Positions 63,895 to 64,000 of a stretch of DNA of 64,000 nt are shown one piece after another. Below the pieces are notes generated by a model. That model did no database searches. It had not been told where the DNA came from and worked only from the letters and a program-made list of their open reading frames with translations. The position numbers were made by a program, and so were the translations under genes. Numbering within the stretch: position 1 is the stretch's first letter; each line of letters opens with the position of its first letter. Origin of the DNA: a virus (Duplodnaviria; Caudoviricetes); IMG/VR virus record IMGVR_UViG_2830687482_000006, positions 11,083-75,082 of that record; one strand, written 5' to 3'.

Positions 63895-64000
63895 GTTGTT
63901 GGCGTTGGCGGCGGCGATGGTGGCGAAGTTGGCGGCGGCCTCGGCGGCGGCCTTGGTGGCGAAGTTGGTGGCGGCGAAGTTGGTGGCGGCGAAGTTGGCG
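63895..64000. repeat. GC-rich low-complexity tandem repeat (15-bp unit GGCGGCGAAGTTGGT and variants), truncated by the window edge
   Basis: Directly visible; strongly GC-rich relative to the rest of the window. Confidence 0.85.

Noticed and set aside
1-64000. Genome-wide stop-codon reassignment
   Set aside because: Long ORFs are intact under the standard code, several genes end in TAG or TGA, and no suppressor tRNA was found.
1-64000. Prophage or temperate module, rRNA, IS elements, purZ or queuosine-pathway genes
   Set aside because: No integrase, repressor-cro switch, transposase, rRNA or such biosynthetic motifs were recognised in the window.

Overview
This window is part of a lytic-looking, visibly AT-rich (low-40s % GC by eye, not computed) long-tailed dsDNA bacteriophage genome. 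Its host is most likely an alphaproteobacterium, inferred from a circularly permuted tmRNA with an xNDN...AA tag. The + strand from 1.8 to 29.9 kb carries the virion module: GpA-like terminase, portal, protease/scaffold, decoration protein, capsid, neck, major tail, a 1765-aa tape measure with an embedded M15-like peptidase, lambda-like tail-tip genes and a 2129-aa central fibre. Inside this module sits an inverted cassette (Arc-like regulator, tail chaperone with a predicted -1 frameshift, head-closure-like gene), and a SET-domain gene follows the fibre genes. The - strand from 29.9 to 64 kb carries the replication and nucleotide genes (Prim-Pol at the left window edge, PolA, 5'-3' exonuclease, SbcC/D, resolvase, helicase, ligase, ThyX, class II RNR, dNTP diphosphohydrolase), a small + strand lysis-like island, rIIA/rIIB and many small early genes. 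The most unusual part is a translation and RNA-repair island at about 48.5-52.9 kb. It holds about 15 conventional-architecture tRNAs, a D-armless tRNA-Arg(ACG)-like RNA, a long-variable-arm tRNA-Pro, a 58-nt anticodon-less tRNA with Gly-type acceptor identity, a two-piece tmRNA, an unassigned structured ncRNA with its own promoter, an RNA ligase, a CCA-like nucleotidyltransferase, KTSC and an RMF-like peptide. A GGTTGAC(N0-1)GTCAACC palindrome recurs five times in the early region. No integrase and no recognisable endolysin were found in the window. Protein family assignments come from motif recognition by eye, not from database searches.
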